DNA of 64,000 bases from Mobula hypostoma (taxonomy: Eukaryota), in NCBI RefSeq assembly GCF_963921235.1, contig NC_086108.1:94242001-94306000 (forward strand), in the 5' to 3' direction. The notes beneath the pieces were generated by a model, which made no database searches, was not told where the DNA came from, and saw nothing but the letters and a program-made list of their open reading frames with translations. This document shows positions 38,973 to 50,825 of the stretch, in pieces (within the stretch, counting starts at the first letter, position 1; the number at the start of each line of letters is the position of its first letter). The translations under genes were made by a program, and so were the position numbers.

Positions 38973-38987
38973 CAGTTTTATTGAAAA
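38973..38987 (-). CDS. FNBP1L: FNBP1L 15-nt microexon (FSIKL)
   Basis: Minus strand ttcttttctctcttcatatgaactatgaAG|TTTTCAATAAAACTG|GTaagc. Phase 0/0. Positional match to the recalled 5-aa segments WSVKM (FNBP1L) and LSLKL (FNBP1). Confidence 0.8.
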
Positions 38988-40254
38988 CTTCATAGTTCAT
39001 ATGAAGAGAGAAAAGAATCATTATAAATACTCTCCATTTCCACCAATTACAGTTCAATATAATCAGAATCAAATGCATTTAAGCTGCCGCATCCCCAAGT
39101 GGCTTGAATATGACAGTTTCCTCCCAAAAATTGAAGACCGCTGCATGATTTTTTTTTTAAAAAAGCAAGCTAACCTCCCTTAATGATAATCAGAACAGCG
39201 CCTATTCAATACTAGCCTTTGTGGCAGATAACCTCTTCTCAGACAAGTTTTTGAGCTGTCTCTCTGTATCTAAGAGCTGAAAAATTAGCGTCTCTCCCCT
39301 ATCAGAGCATCTTCAAATGTGTAGTTCTGATAGTTATGATGACAGAGTGACAGGATCGATTATTTCCTGGGTCAACCTTTCTTTAAATGACAAGCCTTAA
39401 ACATGAAAAACCTCTAGTTGGATATCAGGAAGAATTCTCTTCCATTGTTTGGATTTTTTCTAAATATGATTGAAGTTACATGGCAAGACTTTAATCTCAG
39501 CTTGAGCTCATTTGAAGCAATAGTTTCTCATGTCAGTTCTTTACTTCAAAATATCTTAAACTGCTGTTGTAACTACCTTTCTACAATTACAGAACAGAAA
39601 TCGGGATACTCTATTGTGACTGCCATATGTAGTTTTATTTCAATTCATAGAATCAAAAAGAGAAAAATCACTAAACTTTGCAGATCTGAAGACACGACAT
39701 CATACCTCTGTTAGCTATCCTTTTTAATCCCACATGCCATTTCTTAGCCTGTAGCTCAAACGTTACAGTGCTTCATGCATATCCAAGATTTTAAAAAGTG
39801 TTGATGGTTTCATTCAGCAACTATGATTCTTTCAGACTGTGTTCTAAATCTTCACCATAAAAAATAATCCTCTCCTCTAATTCTATAATCAATGACTAAA
39901 AATCTATGCCTCCTGATAAATGTACCCTCCGCTAAAAGAAATGGATGCTTTACATCCATTGCAACCAGATCTTTCATACCTTTAAATATCAACTAAATCT
40001 CTCCTATCTATCCCTCCTCTCTTCCAAAGAAAATGACTACAGGCTATCTAATTATTCCTCATAACCAACATTTTCCAACACTGGCAGATCCTCAAATTTC
40101 CTCAGGACTAGTTCCAATTCAATTCCCTCCTTTCTGTCATGTGATGACCAGAACTGTACATAGTACTCCAGCTGGAGTCTAACAACTGTTTCATACTATT
40201 CCTACTCCCATATTCCATCACTTTGCTAATAATTTATTCACATTCCCTCTTAAC

Positions 40255-40334
40255 CAGGGGTTCCAAACTTAAGGTCCACAGATGCCTCAGTTGACCTTAG
40301 GGGTCCATGGCAGAAAAAAGGTTGGGAGTCCCTG
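40255..40334. mobile_element. 80-bp hAT MITE (MER5-like ends)
   Basis: caggggttccaaac...gttgggagtccctg, with degenerate 8-bp flanks ctcttaac / ttcttatc. Confidence 0.6.
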
Positions 40335-41499
40335 TTCTTATCTATCTTATCACCCTTCTAATGTCTGTCAGGATCTCTGGACCTGCACTCCAACACCTTT
40401 CTGTTCCACTAGTCTTCCCAGCAATTGTTTTGTACAACCTTCCCTAAATGCATTGCCCCACATTTGTCCAAACTGAAATTTACTTGCTACTTTTCTTCCC
40501 TCTCTGAAAATCACTAACAATGCTTAGAATAATTAGGCATCATGAGGACAACATCTGGGTGCAGGACACAGCTACTGAGCTGCAGAATTACGAGGCAATG
40601 TTCATCTATAACTGAAATCCAAAATTCAACCGCATCACTGCCAAATACTCTGCCAGCTACAGATGCTCATAAATGAGCAAAGACTCAAGTGAGGTAGTCA
40701 CAAAAATGTCATGGAGGGTCAAAAGCTGGGTACTCTGTGGAATATCTCATTAATATCACATTGATGCGCAGACTCCATGGCCTAATTCTGCTACCCTATC
40801 TTATGGTCTTAAGCAGCATTGAGAGATTACCTTTATCTACAGAATCAAGCTGGTCACTAGAGGAGCACCTTTTTAGGACCAGCGAGAAGACTCACCGAAG
40901 ATTTGATTTTTTTTTTTAAAAAGTTATCGGAAGATAACCTGAAAATATCAAACCATAAATAGTCAGAAAGAGATGAGGAGTCAGTAAAAGTGGCAAGAAT
41001 AAAGCAGTTCAAAGAAATTAATTACCATGTGCACGAAAGGAATCAATATTGAATGTAATCATGGCTAAGTTTCATTCCATTTTAAAAATGCATTCAATTC
41101 CAGCCAAAAATCAGTCTTCACAGATCTTTTAGTGGGAGTAAATGTAGCTTAGTAAAATAGATACTCTTGGAAAACAATGTGGCTTCATGTTCAAAAATTA
41201 ATAAACATCTTTAGGCTGTAGCAGCTGATATCATTTTAACTTTGACAAACTGGATTTAAATGCAACCAATTCCTTGAAATCATAGCACAAGTTTCCACTC
41301 ATTTGTCATAGGCATAAAGCCTTCAAGAATTAGAGTGACTATAGCAATTATTTTTCCACACATTAAAAGTTATTCATGAATTCAAAAGTGCAACCTAGAG
41401 TGAGTCAATTACAAAAAGGTTTTTTTTAATATCATGAGTGTCAACAAAAGAGTGGGACAAAATTTGCAAAAATGTCAAAACAATGTCAAGAGACCTGAG

Positions 41500-42190
41500 G
41501 GTGCGCCTTATTCAGTTAAGAGCCTACACCATTTCTATTAGACTCCAGCAAGGTTACATAGATTAGAGTTGAAAAAACACCCCTGAATGTTGGCACTGTG
41601 AGGCAGATAAAGGGACTTAGTACATGCACTCTGGTTCTGTCCCAGAATTCAAGAACTTTGGATTATGATACATAAGTATATTGGTGAAGTTTCAGGTATT
41701 CAACTCCCTTTCTGCTCCAAACTTTTTGTCTTGGGAGACACACTTGGGGATAAACACTCTCAAAATTGGATCCGGACAAGTATAATGGTAGAAAGACAAA
41801 TTATACCTAGACGTTGGAGGAACTTGGGGGGGGGTCCATCATTTCAGGAGTGGGTCACAGAGATAGCCAAAGTGACAGCTTTTGAACACATGTCTTACAA
41901 ACAGTTTGATAGATTGGACATCTCTACACAAAAATGGGGCAAATATTTAGGTTTCCTGGGGAGGGGGGAAAATAGTGGTGAATGTGGTCATGAAGCATAT
42001 TGCTGAATGGCAGTCTTTTCTGTTATTAGAAGTCTAAATAGACACACATGGTTATTATATTGATATTTATTTCTGCCATGGTTGTTTTATTTTATGGATA
42101 ATTTTATGTTTTGTAAGCTATGATTTACATAATTCCAACACTGACTCAAGGGTTCGGGGTTAAAAAATTTACTAGAAATAAAATTCGAAA
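41500..42190 (+). mobile_element. L1/Tx1 LINE 3' fragment
   Basis: CWHCEADKGDLVHALWFCPRIQELW (CCHC knuckle) and ORF 41665-42006 ending QKWGKYL, followed by an A-rich tail. Confidence 0.8.
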
Positions 42191-42679
42191 AAAATATCAT
42201 GAGTGCCAAATACAAATGTGCAATCAGATATAAAATTATTCACATTAACTTTAAATCCTAATGAACTGTGTATTAAATTTATTGGAAAATGCTGGACACA
42301 CACACAGGTAGCAAGAATAGCCACGGGGCCATTCCAGAATATTTCTGAAACCAATATGAAGGACCACAGAAATATCACAGGTACATCCTTTGCCACCATT
42401 GGTAGCATCTTCAGGAGGTGCTGCCTTAAAAGGGGGTAGCTTGCATCAAAGGTCCCCACCATCTGAGCCATGCCATCTTTTCACATCTATCTTTGGGTAG
42501 GAGGTTCAGAAGCCTGAAGTTCCAACACCACCAGATTCAAAAACAACTACTTCCTTTCAACTAGTCGGGTCTTGAACCAATTGGCACAGCACTATAGTTC
42601 AGGAATACAATGATCACTTTTATCACTTAGCATTAAAATAAACCTTTTTGTTCCAATTCTGTTCTTTTCTGTTAAATAC

Positions 42680-45636
42680 CCATAACACCATAAGACAAAG
42701 GAGCAGAAGTTGGCCATTCGGCCCATCGAGTCTGCTCCGCCATTTTATCATGAGCTGATCCATTCTCCCATTTAGTCCCACTCCCCCGCCTTCTCACCAA
42801 AACCTTTGATGCCCTGGCTACTCAGATACCTATCAATCTCTGCTTTAAATACACCCAATGACTTGGCCTCCAATGCTGCCCGTGGCAACAAATTCCATAG
42901 ATTCACCACCCTCTGACAAAAAAAAATTTCTTCGCATTTCTGTTCTGAATGGGCGCCCTTCAATCCTTAAGTCATGCCCTCTCGTACTAGACTCCCCCAT
43001 CATGGGAAACAACTTTGCCACATCCACTCTGTCCATGCCTTTCAACATTCAAAATGTTTCTATGAGGTCTCCCCTCATTCTTCTAAACTCCAAGGAATAC
43101 AGTCCCAGAGCGAACAAACGTTCCTCACATGTTAACCCTCTCATTCCTGGGATCATTCTAGTTAATCTTCTCTGTACCCTCTCTAACGTCAGCACATCCT
43201 TTCTTAAATAAGGAGACCAAACTGCCCACAGTACTCCAAGTGAGGTCTCACCAGTGCCTTATAGAGCCTCAACATCACATCCCTGCTCCTAAACTCGGTT
43301 CCTCTAGAAATGAATGCCAACATTGCATTCGTCTTCTTCACCACCGACTCAACCTGGAGGTTAACCTTAAGGGTATCCTGTACGAGGACTCCCAAGTCCC
43401 GTTGCATCTCAGAACTTTGAATTCTTTCCCCATTTAAATAATAGTCTGCCCGTTTATTTCTTCTGCCAAAGTGCATAACCATACACTTTCCAACACTATA
43501 TTTCATTTGCCACTTCTTTGCCCATTCTTCCAATCTATCCAAGTCTCTCTGCAGACTCTCCGTTTCCTCAGCACTACCGGCCCCTCCACCTATCTTTATA
43601 TCGTCAGTGAACTTACTCACAAAGCCATCTATTCCATAATCCAAATCGTTGATGTACAATGTAAAAAGAAGTGGCCCCAACACGGACCCCTGTGGAACAC
43701 CACTGGTAACCGGCAGCCAACCAGAATAGGATCCCTTTATTCCTACTCTCTGTTTCCTGCCAATCAGCCAACGCTCTATCCACATATGTAACTTTCCCGT
43801 AATTTCATGGGCTCTTATCTTGTTAAGTAGCCTCATGTGTGGCACCTTGTCAAAGGCCTTCTAAAAATCCAAATATACAACATCCACTGCACCTCCCTTG
43901 TCTAGCCTACTTGTAATTTTCTCAAAAAATTGTAATAGGTATGTTAGGCAGGATTTTCCTTGAAGGAATCCATGCTGAGTTCTGCTTATCTTGTCGTATG
44001 CCTCCAGGTACTCTGTAACCTCATCCTTGACAATCGACTCCAACAACTTCCCAACCACCGATGTCAAGCTAACAGGTCTATAATTTCCTTTTTGCTTCCT
44101 TGACCCCTTCTTAAATAGCGGAGTGACATTTGCAGTCTTCCAGTCCTCCGGAACCATGCCAGAATCTATCGAATTTTGAAAGATCATCGCTAATGTCTCC
44201 GCAATCTCCACAGCTACTTCCTTCAGAACATGCGGGTGCATTCCATCTGGTCCGGGAGATTTATCTACCTTTAGACTATTCAGTTTCCTGAGTACTTTCT
44301 CTTTCGTAATTGTGACTGCGCACACTTCTTTTCCCTGCCACCCTTGAGTGTCTGGTATACTGCTGATGTCTTCCTCAGTGAAGACTGATGCAAAATACTC
44401 GTTCAGTTCCTCTGCCATCTCCTTATCTCCCATTACAATTTCTTCAGCATTATTTTCTATCGGTCCTATATCTACTCTCACCTGTTTTTTACTCTTTATA
44501 TACTTGAAAAAGCTTTTAGTATCCTCTTTGATATTATTTGCTAGCTTCCTTTCATAGTTTATCTTTTCCCTCTTAATGACCTTCTTAGTTTCCTTTTGTA
44601 AGCTTTTAAAAACTTCCCAATCCTCTGTCTTCCCACTAATTTTTGCTTCCTTGTATGCCCTCTCCTTTGCTTTAACTTTGGCTTTGACTTCTCTTGTCAA
44701 CCACAGTTGCATCCTTTTTCCATTCGAAAATTTCTTCTTTTTTGGAATATACCTGTCTTGCACCTTCCTCACTTCTTGCATAAACTCCAGCCACTGTTGC
44801 TCTGCCGTCTTTCCCACCAGTGTCCCTTTCCAGTCAACTTTGACCAGTTCCTCTCTCATGCCACTGTAATTTCCTTTACTCCACTGAAATACTGACACAT
44901 CAGATTTCGGCTTCTCTTTTTCAAATTTCAAGTGAACTCAATCATGTTATGATCACTGCCTGCTAAGGGTTCCTTCACCTCAATCTCTCTAATCACCTCC
45001 GGTTCATTACACAATACCCAATCCAGTACAGCCGATCCCCTAGTGGGCTCAACACCAAGCTGTTCTAAAAAGCCATCTCGCAGACATTCTACAAATTCTC
45101 TCTCTTGAGATCCAGTGCCGACCTGATTTTCCCAATCCACTCGCATGTTAAAATCCCCCACAATTATCATAACACTGCCCTTCTGACAAGCCCTTTCTAT
45201 TTCCTGTTGTAATTTGTAGTCCACATCACTGCAGCTGTTTGGAGGCCTATAAATAACTGCCATCAGGATCCTTTTACCCCTGAGATTTCTTAGTTCAACC
45301 CATAAAGATTCTGCACCTTCCGATCCTTTATCACCTCTTTCTAACGACTTAATATCATTTCTTACCAATAAAGCCACGCCTCCCCCTCTGCCTACCTTCC
45401 TATCCTTTCGATACACCGTGTATCCTTGGATGTTCAGCTCCCCGAGAGATGCATCCTTTAGCCACGTCTCAGTGATGGCCACAATATCACACCTGCCAAT
45501 CTGTAGCTGTGCGACAAGATCATCCACCTTATTCCTTATGCTGCATGCATTTAAGTATAACACCTTAAGACCAGTATTTGCTACTTTTCGCTTTGATTTC
45601 ACTGCAACTTTATTGCACTGCAACTCATCCCAAGGC
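42680..45636 (-). mobile_element. CR1 LINE, near-complete ORF2 (EN plus RT), nested in an older Rex1-type 3' end
   Basis: ORFs 44928-45638 (NACSIRNK, AITETWL, GDFN, SDHN), 43861-44931, 43204-43845 (GVPQGSVLGP, KFTDD) and 42845-43048. 6-bp flanking repeat aaatac (42674-42679, 45637-45642). Confidence 0.95.
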
Positions 45637-46823
45637 AAATACTCTGCATAATTTATGTTCCTCTTCTGAATGCTGCGTATTTGATGCTATGTACCTGAAA
45701 TACTATTACAATTAAGTTTTTCAGCTGCACCCACGCCCACATATACTTGCGCATATGACAATAAACTCAACTTTGACACTGGCTTAACTATCTGGGGCAA
45801 ATATCTTGCTCCACGCTCAATTATTGAGAATTCTCTAGCTTTTGCAACTTGTAAATTCTTGTACACATCTTCCTTAATATCTGTAATAAAATAATGGAAC
45901 AGCAACTGTATAATTTGTTTTATCATTGGCCCAGTTGATAATACTCTCACTTACAAACTAAAAGTTGGGTTTGAGTTCCATTCCAAATCTCAACACTCCA
46001 GTGCAATTCTCAGAGAGTGCTGCAAGACTGAAAATGTTACTTTTCAGTCAAAATGTTAAACCAAGGCTGTACTTGTATTCTCAGGGGAGACACAAGAGAT
46101 GCAGGATAATAATAGGGACAAGATCAAAGTCCTCAGGGTGACCTGATGAATGTTTAGCATTCAGCCAACACTACTAATCAATGCATACTGGTGCTTGTGG
46201 GATGTTATTGGATACAAAATATTAATTGCTACAATACAGTAACTACACTTTGCATGCTGAACTTCCAAGTTTACAACCTACCTTCTGCAACTACATTCCA
46301 CTATCATTTTATTTATTGAACTAGGACATGCCAAAAGAAAATAAGGGTATTTCAATTGAAATATTGTTGGTCAAAAAATCCAGATACACATACTTCTCAT
46401 ATTTGGGAAATTAAAAACACTGGCCACACTGGATCAGTGCGAAAGGGATGCTGCAACTTTAAATGCTACAAAATTCAGCACTGCACAGCACAAAGCCACA
46501 TGCAAGCTTTCAATAAACAGCCTCTTGTTCACATACAAAAAGAAATTATACTGACCCCTCAAGGATATCTTCATTGAAGGCAGCTGTTGGATAATAGTTT
46601 TCACAATGAACAGCAAAGACAACTGTCAATTTGACTCCAAAAAAATGCTTCACAGTTGTAAGATCAATCAGGAAAACATAATAGCAACTGTAGTGGACCA
46701 AATGGGCCATATGGGCTGCTTTTGTTACATAATCGAAATAATATTACTTTAATATAAACAATATATTCTATCATCTCTCAACTGAAATAACGGGATTTCT
46801 TACCAAGGGATGATTAGACATAT

Positions 46824-47035
46824 AGAAGAAGAAAGCCCTTATCTCCGAGTGGAGTCATCGGGACACCATCATGAATGTTTTTTTTTAGCAGGCTTTCTTA
46901 TTTTTACAAGGCCAATTTGCTAGTTCGATGCTCAACCCAGCACGGATGGAAAGCGTGCAAGGGAGCCGGCTGGATTCGAACTCGGGAGCCTTCACTCCGA
47001 AGTCCAGCACTGATGCCGCTACGCCACCAGCCAGC
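46824..47035 (-). mobile_element. tRNA-derived SINE with (TTC)n tail
   Basis: A box TGGCGTAGCGG and B box GTTCGAATCC on the minus strand. 14-bp TSD atgattagacatat (46810-46823) / acgattagacatat (47036-47049). Confidence 0.88.
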
Positions 47036-47753
47036 ACGATTAGACATATGCATCCCTCTGAACTGCTATAAAGCTGGAGGATAACCCACTGGGTATAGGC
47101 CTTAGGAAGACAATTAACTATTGTGAATTTTGGCAGAACGGGGATGCGACGGGGGGCGGGGCGGGGGAGAGATGCAAAAATATTTGCTACTATTTACAGA
47201 GATGCAAGATAATAGCAAATGGAAGAACTACAAACGCCATTTTTGTATGTTAATTTGTTCCCCATTATGTGCTTTTCTCAAGTATACTGTGAACCATTCT
47301 GGTACAACACGCTGTTCAGCCAAAATCATGCAACATTATCATTTCATAACATACAAGGATACACCAAATAAAACCACACTGGATTCACACTCAATGCACT
47401 TTTACATATGAAACTCAATCAAATAAATAGGGCATTTTTTGGCTAACAGTGAAATATGAATAATTATCTACATTTCACTGCATACATTTATCTACATTCA
47501 CTGAACACATCCTTTGAAGAAGCAGCTGTAATTTGAGGCTTGAAGCTCATAATCCTAACATTGATCGAAGAACTTGTCTTCTGAATTAACTAAATGTGGT
47601 AGAGGAAATTGTGAGGAAGTGCTGAGAAAAATTAAGGCCATACTTTTTTTTAAGCTGTTGAACTAACTATAGAAGGCCTTGCAGTAAATTTACACATCAC
47701 TCACATGCTACAATCCAAACAGTTTCAAACTTGTTCAAAATAAACCAACTTAC

Positions 47754-47912
47754 CCCCCTTTTCAAATCCTTGAAAGAAGGAATTCTGGGTTTCACTGTCT
47801 TTATTTCATTCATACAGTATGACAGTGGATCCCTGGAAAACCTGGGAGACTGGGGCCCATAAGGAGCAGAGGATGAGCAAGTTGAAGCAGGGGAGAGGTG
47901 AGGGAATGGCAG
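47754..47912 (-). CDS. FNBP1L: FNBP1L 159-nt linker exon (probably alternative)
   Basis: ttttatgttAG|ctgcca...aaaaggggg|GTaagt. Encodes LPFPHLSPASTCSSSAPYGPQSPRFSRDPLSYCMNEIKTVKPRIPSFKDLKRG (53 aa), matching recalled YCMNEIKTGKPRIPSFRSLKRG. Not in the ORF track. Confidence 0.92.
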
Positions 47913-48677
47913 CTAACATAAAAATAAAACAAAAGCAAACTATAAACTTTGAAAAAACCCGAGAGGGACACACCAGCAAGTAACGTGGTACTAGATGGTC
48001 ACATTAATTATGGTGTACTATGCATGTCACTCAGAAGTTATTTACATTAATGTGCATCAGAGGGTGATGGATTTCTATAAGATAAATGATGTGAATTGAA
48101 TCTAATCTTAGGCTTATCATTTATCAGGTGAAAACTGCAGTGCAAAAGGTGTATAAAGTATCAACAAAACAATGCAACAGACAAATTCTCCAAATTTGAC
48201 CTGCACCCTTCATTTAAATCAAATAAAAATGATCAGGCTACAGAAATTACATAACCTAAACAAAATATTAGCTTCAAGGCACATGCAATACTCTGTCCTC
48301 AAAAAGCAATCAATTTGTGCATTAACACATATTGGCAATTACCCTACAGTCTTTCTGTCAGGTCAAAGCAACACACGCATGTTGGAACATCACAAGCAAA
48401 ACTATTAACATATTGAAGTTCAAATTGATATGATTACCTGCTTCTATAAAGAAGATACTTGAGTGAGAAACACAAAATCAGCAGACACATTGTCATTGAC
48501 TTTTATAAAAACAGTAGTAATCTACATTAATTAAATGCACACTAAACTACAAAAATGTAGCAAAATTACTTATTATATTTGATATATAAAATAGCAGTGT
48601 AATTTATTGAAATATACTTTAGGACATGGCAAAAACATGAATACAAGTGCTTAATACCTGTTTCACTATTCAATTAA

Positions 48678-49260
48678 GACCATAAGACATAGGAGCAGAA
48701 GTAAGCCAGTTGGCCCATTGAGTCTGCACTTCCATTGAGTCTGCACTGCCACTGAGTCTGCACTGCCATTGAGTCTGCACTGCCATTGAGTCTGCACTGC
48801 CATTGAGTCTGCACTGCCATTGAGTCTGCACTGCCATTGAGTCTGCACTGCCATTGAGTCTGCACTACCATTACATGATGGTTCTTAACCCCATTCTGTT
48901 GGCTTCTCCCCATAACCTTTGATACTTTTACAAGAACCCATCAAACTCCACTTTAAATACATGTAATGACTTGGTCTCCTGAGCCGTATGTGGCAACGAA
49001 TTCCACAAATTTGCCACCCTCTGGTTAAAGAACATACTCATGTCTGTTCTAAAGGGATGCCTCTCTATTTTGAAGCTGTGCCCTCTGGTCCCAGACCCTC
49101 CCCCCCCCCCACCTACTATAGGAAGCATCCTTTCAACATCCACTGTATCAAGGCTTTTCATTATTTGGTATGTTTTAATAAGATCCCTACCCCTCATTCT
49201 TCTAAACTTCAGCGAGTACAGGGCCAAAGCCTTCAAGCGCTCCTCATACATTAACCCTTT
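48678..49260 (-). mobile_element. CR1 LINE 3' fragment containing a minisatellite
   Basis: ORF 48928-49251: YEERLKALALYSLKFRRMRG...FFNQRVANLWNSLP. Confidence 0.85.
48715..48872. repeat. 17-bp tandem repeat (ccattgagtctgcactg), about 9.3 units
   Basis: Nine full units plus ccatt, with few substitutions. Confidence 0.95.
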
Positions 49261-49639
49261 TATTCACTCCTTTCAATAAATCATGGACCCCCCCATCACC
49301 CAAGTCATGCCTCGTTCGCATTGCTATCATTTGGAAGGAGGTACAGAAGCATGAAGGTACACAACTCAACGATTCAGGAACAGCTTCTTCCCCTCTGCCA
49401 TCTGATTTCTGACACTGAACCCATGAACACTAACTCACTACTTTCTAAACTTATATTTTTGCACAACTTATTTAACAGTTTGTATATATTTACTGTATAC
49501 TGTATATTTACTCTATGTTTGCCTATATTGACTGCAATTCACAGGTTTTTCTTCTATTATATATCACGTTGTACTGCTGCCGCAAAGTCGACAAATTTTA
49601 CGACATATGCTGGTGATATTAAACCTGATTCTGTAAAGA

Positions 49640-50825
49640 TGTGAAGAAGATCTTGCGATCAGATGAGACTAAAGTGGAACATCAACAGGCCAAGAACATC
49701 CGAACGATGAAACATCAACTGTTTACTCTATTTCACTGATGCTGAGTTCCTTCAGCATTTTGTGTGTGTTGCTTTGGATTTCCAGCATCTGCAGGTTTTC
49801 TTGTGTGAAGTAGAACATTTTGGCCTCAATACTAAATGGTACATCTGGAAGGGCAACGTAACTTCATTGGACATGTGATTAGGAAAGAGGAGTTAGAATG
49901 CATGGTAATTATGGGAAAGATTGAAGGGAAGAAAGCAAGAGGATGACAAAGACAAATGATGATGGAGACAGCAGCCAGAGAACTGGAAATGAATACCAAT
50001 GAATTGATCCACTTGACCCAAAACAGGAGTGTGTGGGCCATGGCAGTCAAAGCCCAAAATGGGCACAGCACCTGATGATGATGACGACATAAATCTAATA
50101 CTGCGCATCAGCCAGGTAACGCCATCCCTATTGTAAAGTATGGTGGAGGTAGCATCATGCTATGGGGGTACTTTTCAGCAGCAGAGACTGGAAATCTGGA
50201 CAAGGTTGATGGGAAGATGAATGCTGTTAAATACAGAGAGATCCTGGATAAAACCTGATAGCCTCTATCAGAAAGTTTAAGCTGACAAGTTAGTCTTTCA
50301 GCAGGACAACAACCCAATGCACATTGCCAGAGCAATCATGGAGTAGCTTCAAATGAAGAAAATTGATGTCCTTGAGTGACCCAAAGTCCTGACCTTAACC
50401 CAATTGAACATCTCTAGCAAGACCTCAACAGTGCTGTCCAATGCTCCCCAATAAACCTGGCACAGCTTGCGCAATTTTGCAAGGAAGAATTGGCAAATCT
50501 TGCTCCATCATTTTGTGCAAAGCTAATAAAGACGTATCCAAAAAGACCACTAGCTGTAATAGCTGCAAGAGGTGGTTCAACTAAGTACTGAAGAAAGGGG
50601 GGGTGGGGTGGGCAAGGGGGAGGTGAATGCTTCTGAACTGCTGACATTTCAGTTTTTGAATTTTTAAGTTTTTCATGCTTTACAGTGTTTTTCTGGGCTC
50701 TGCTGTGAAAAAAAGACACATGATTCACAAATAAAAATGCTCAGTTAAATTGATCAAAATCCCTGGTTGTAGTACTTATTTATGTGAATAAAGGTTTGAG
50801 GGCTGAATACTTTTACAAGGCACGG
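49640..50825 (+). mobile_element. Tc1 transposon 3' half, interrupted by two insertions
   Basis: KILRSDETKVE...HFGLN, IPIVKYGGGSIMLWGYFSAA, FQQDNNP and PDLNPIEHL motifs. Ends gaatacttttacaaggcacgg-ta. Confidence 0.85.
49848..50087 (+). mobile_element. RTE-group LINE 3' end with (GAT)n tail, inside Tc1
   Basis: QRNFIGHVIRKEELECMVIMGKIEGKKARG*QRQ...NRSVWAMAV, then tgatgatgatgacga. Confidence 0.75.

Noticed and set aside
46960..47035. tRNA gene
   Set aside because: A and B boxes are present, but the anticodon stem does not pair. It continues into a SINE body with a tail and TSD.
48666..48913. Repetitive peptides (MAVQTQWQCRLNGSADS)n or a CRISPR-like array
   Set aside because: These are translations of a 17-bp tandem repeat with no unique spacers, in eukaryotic CR1 context.
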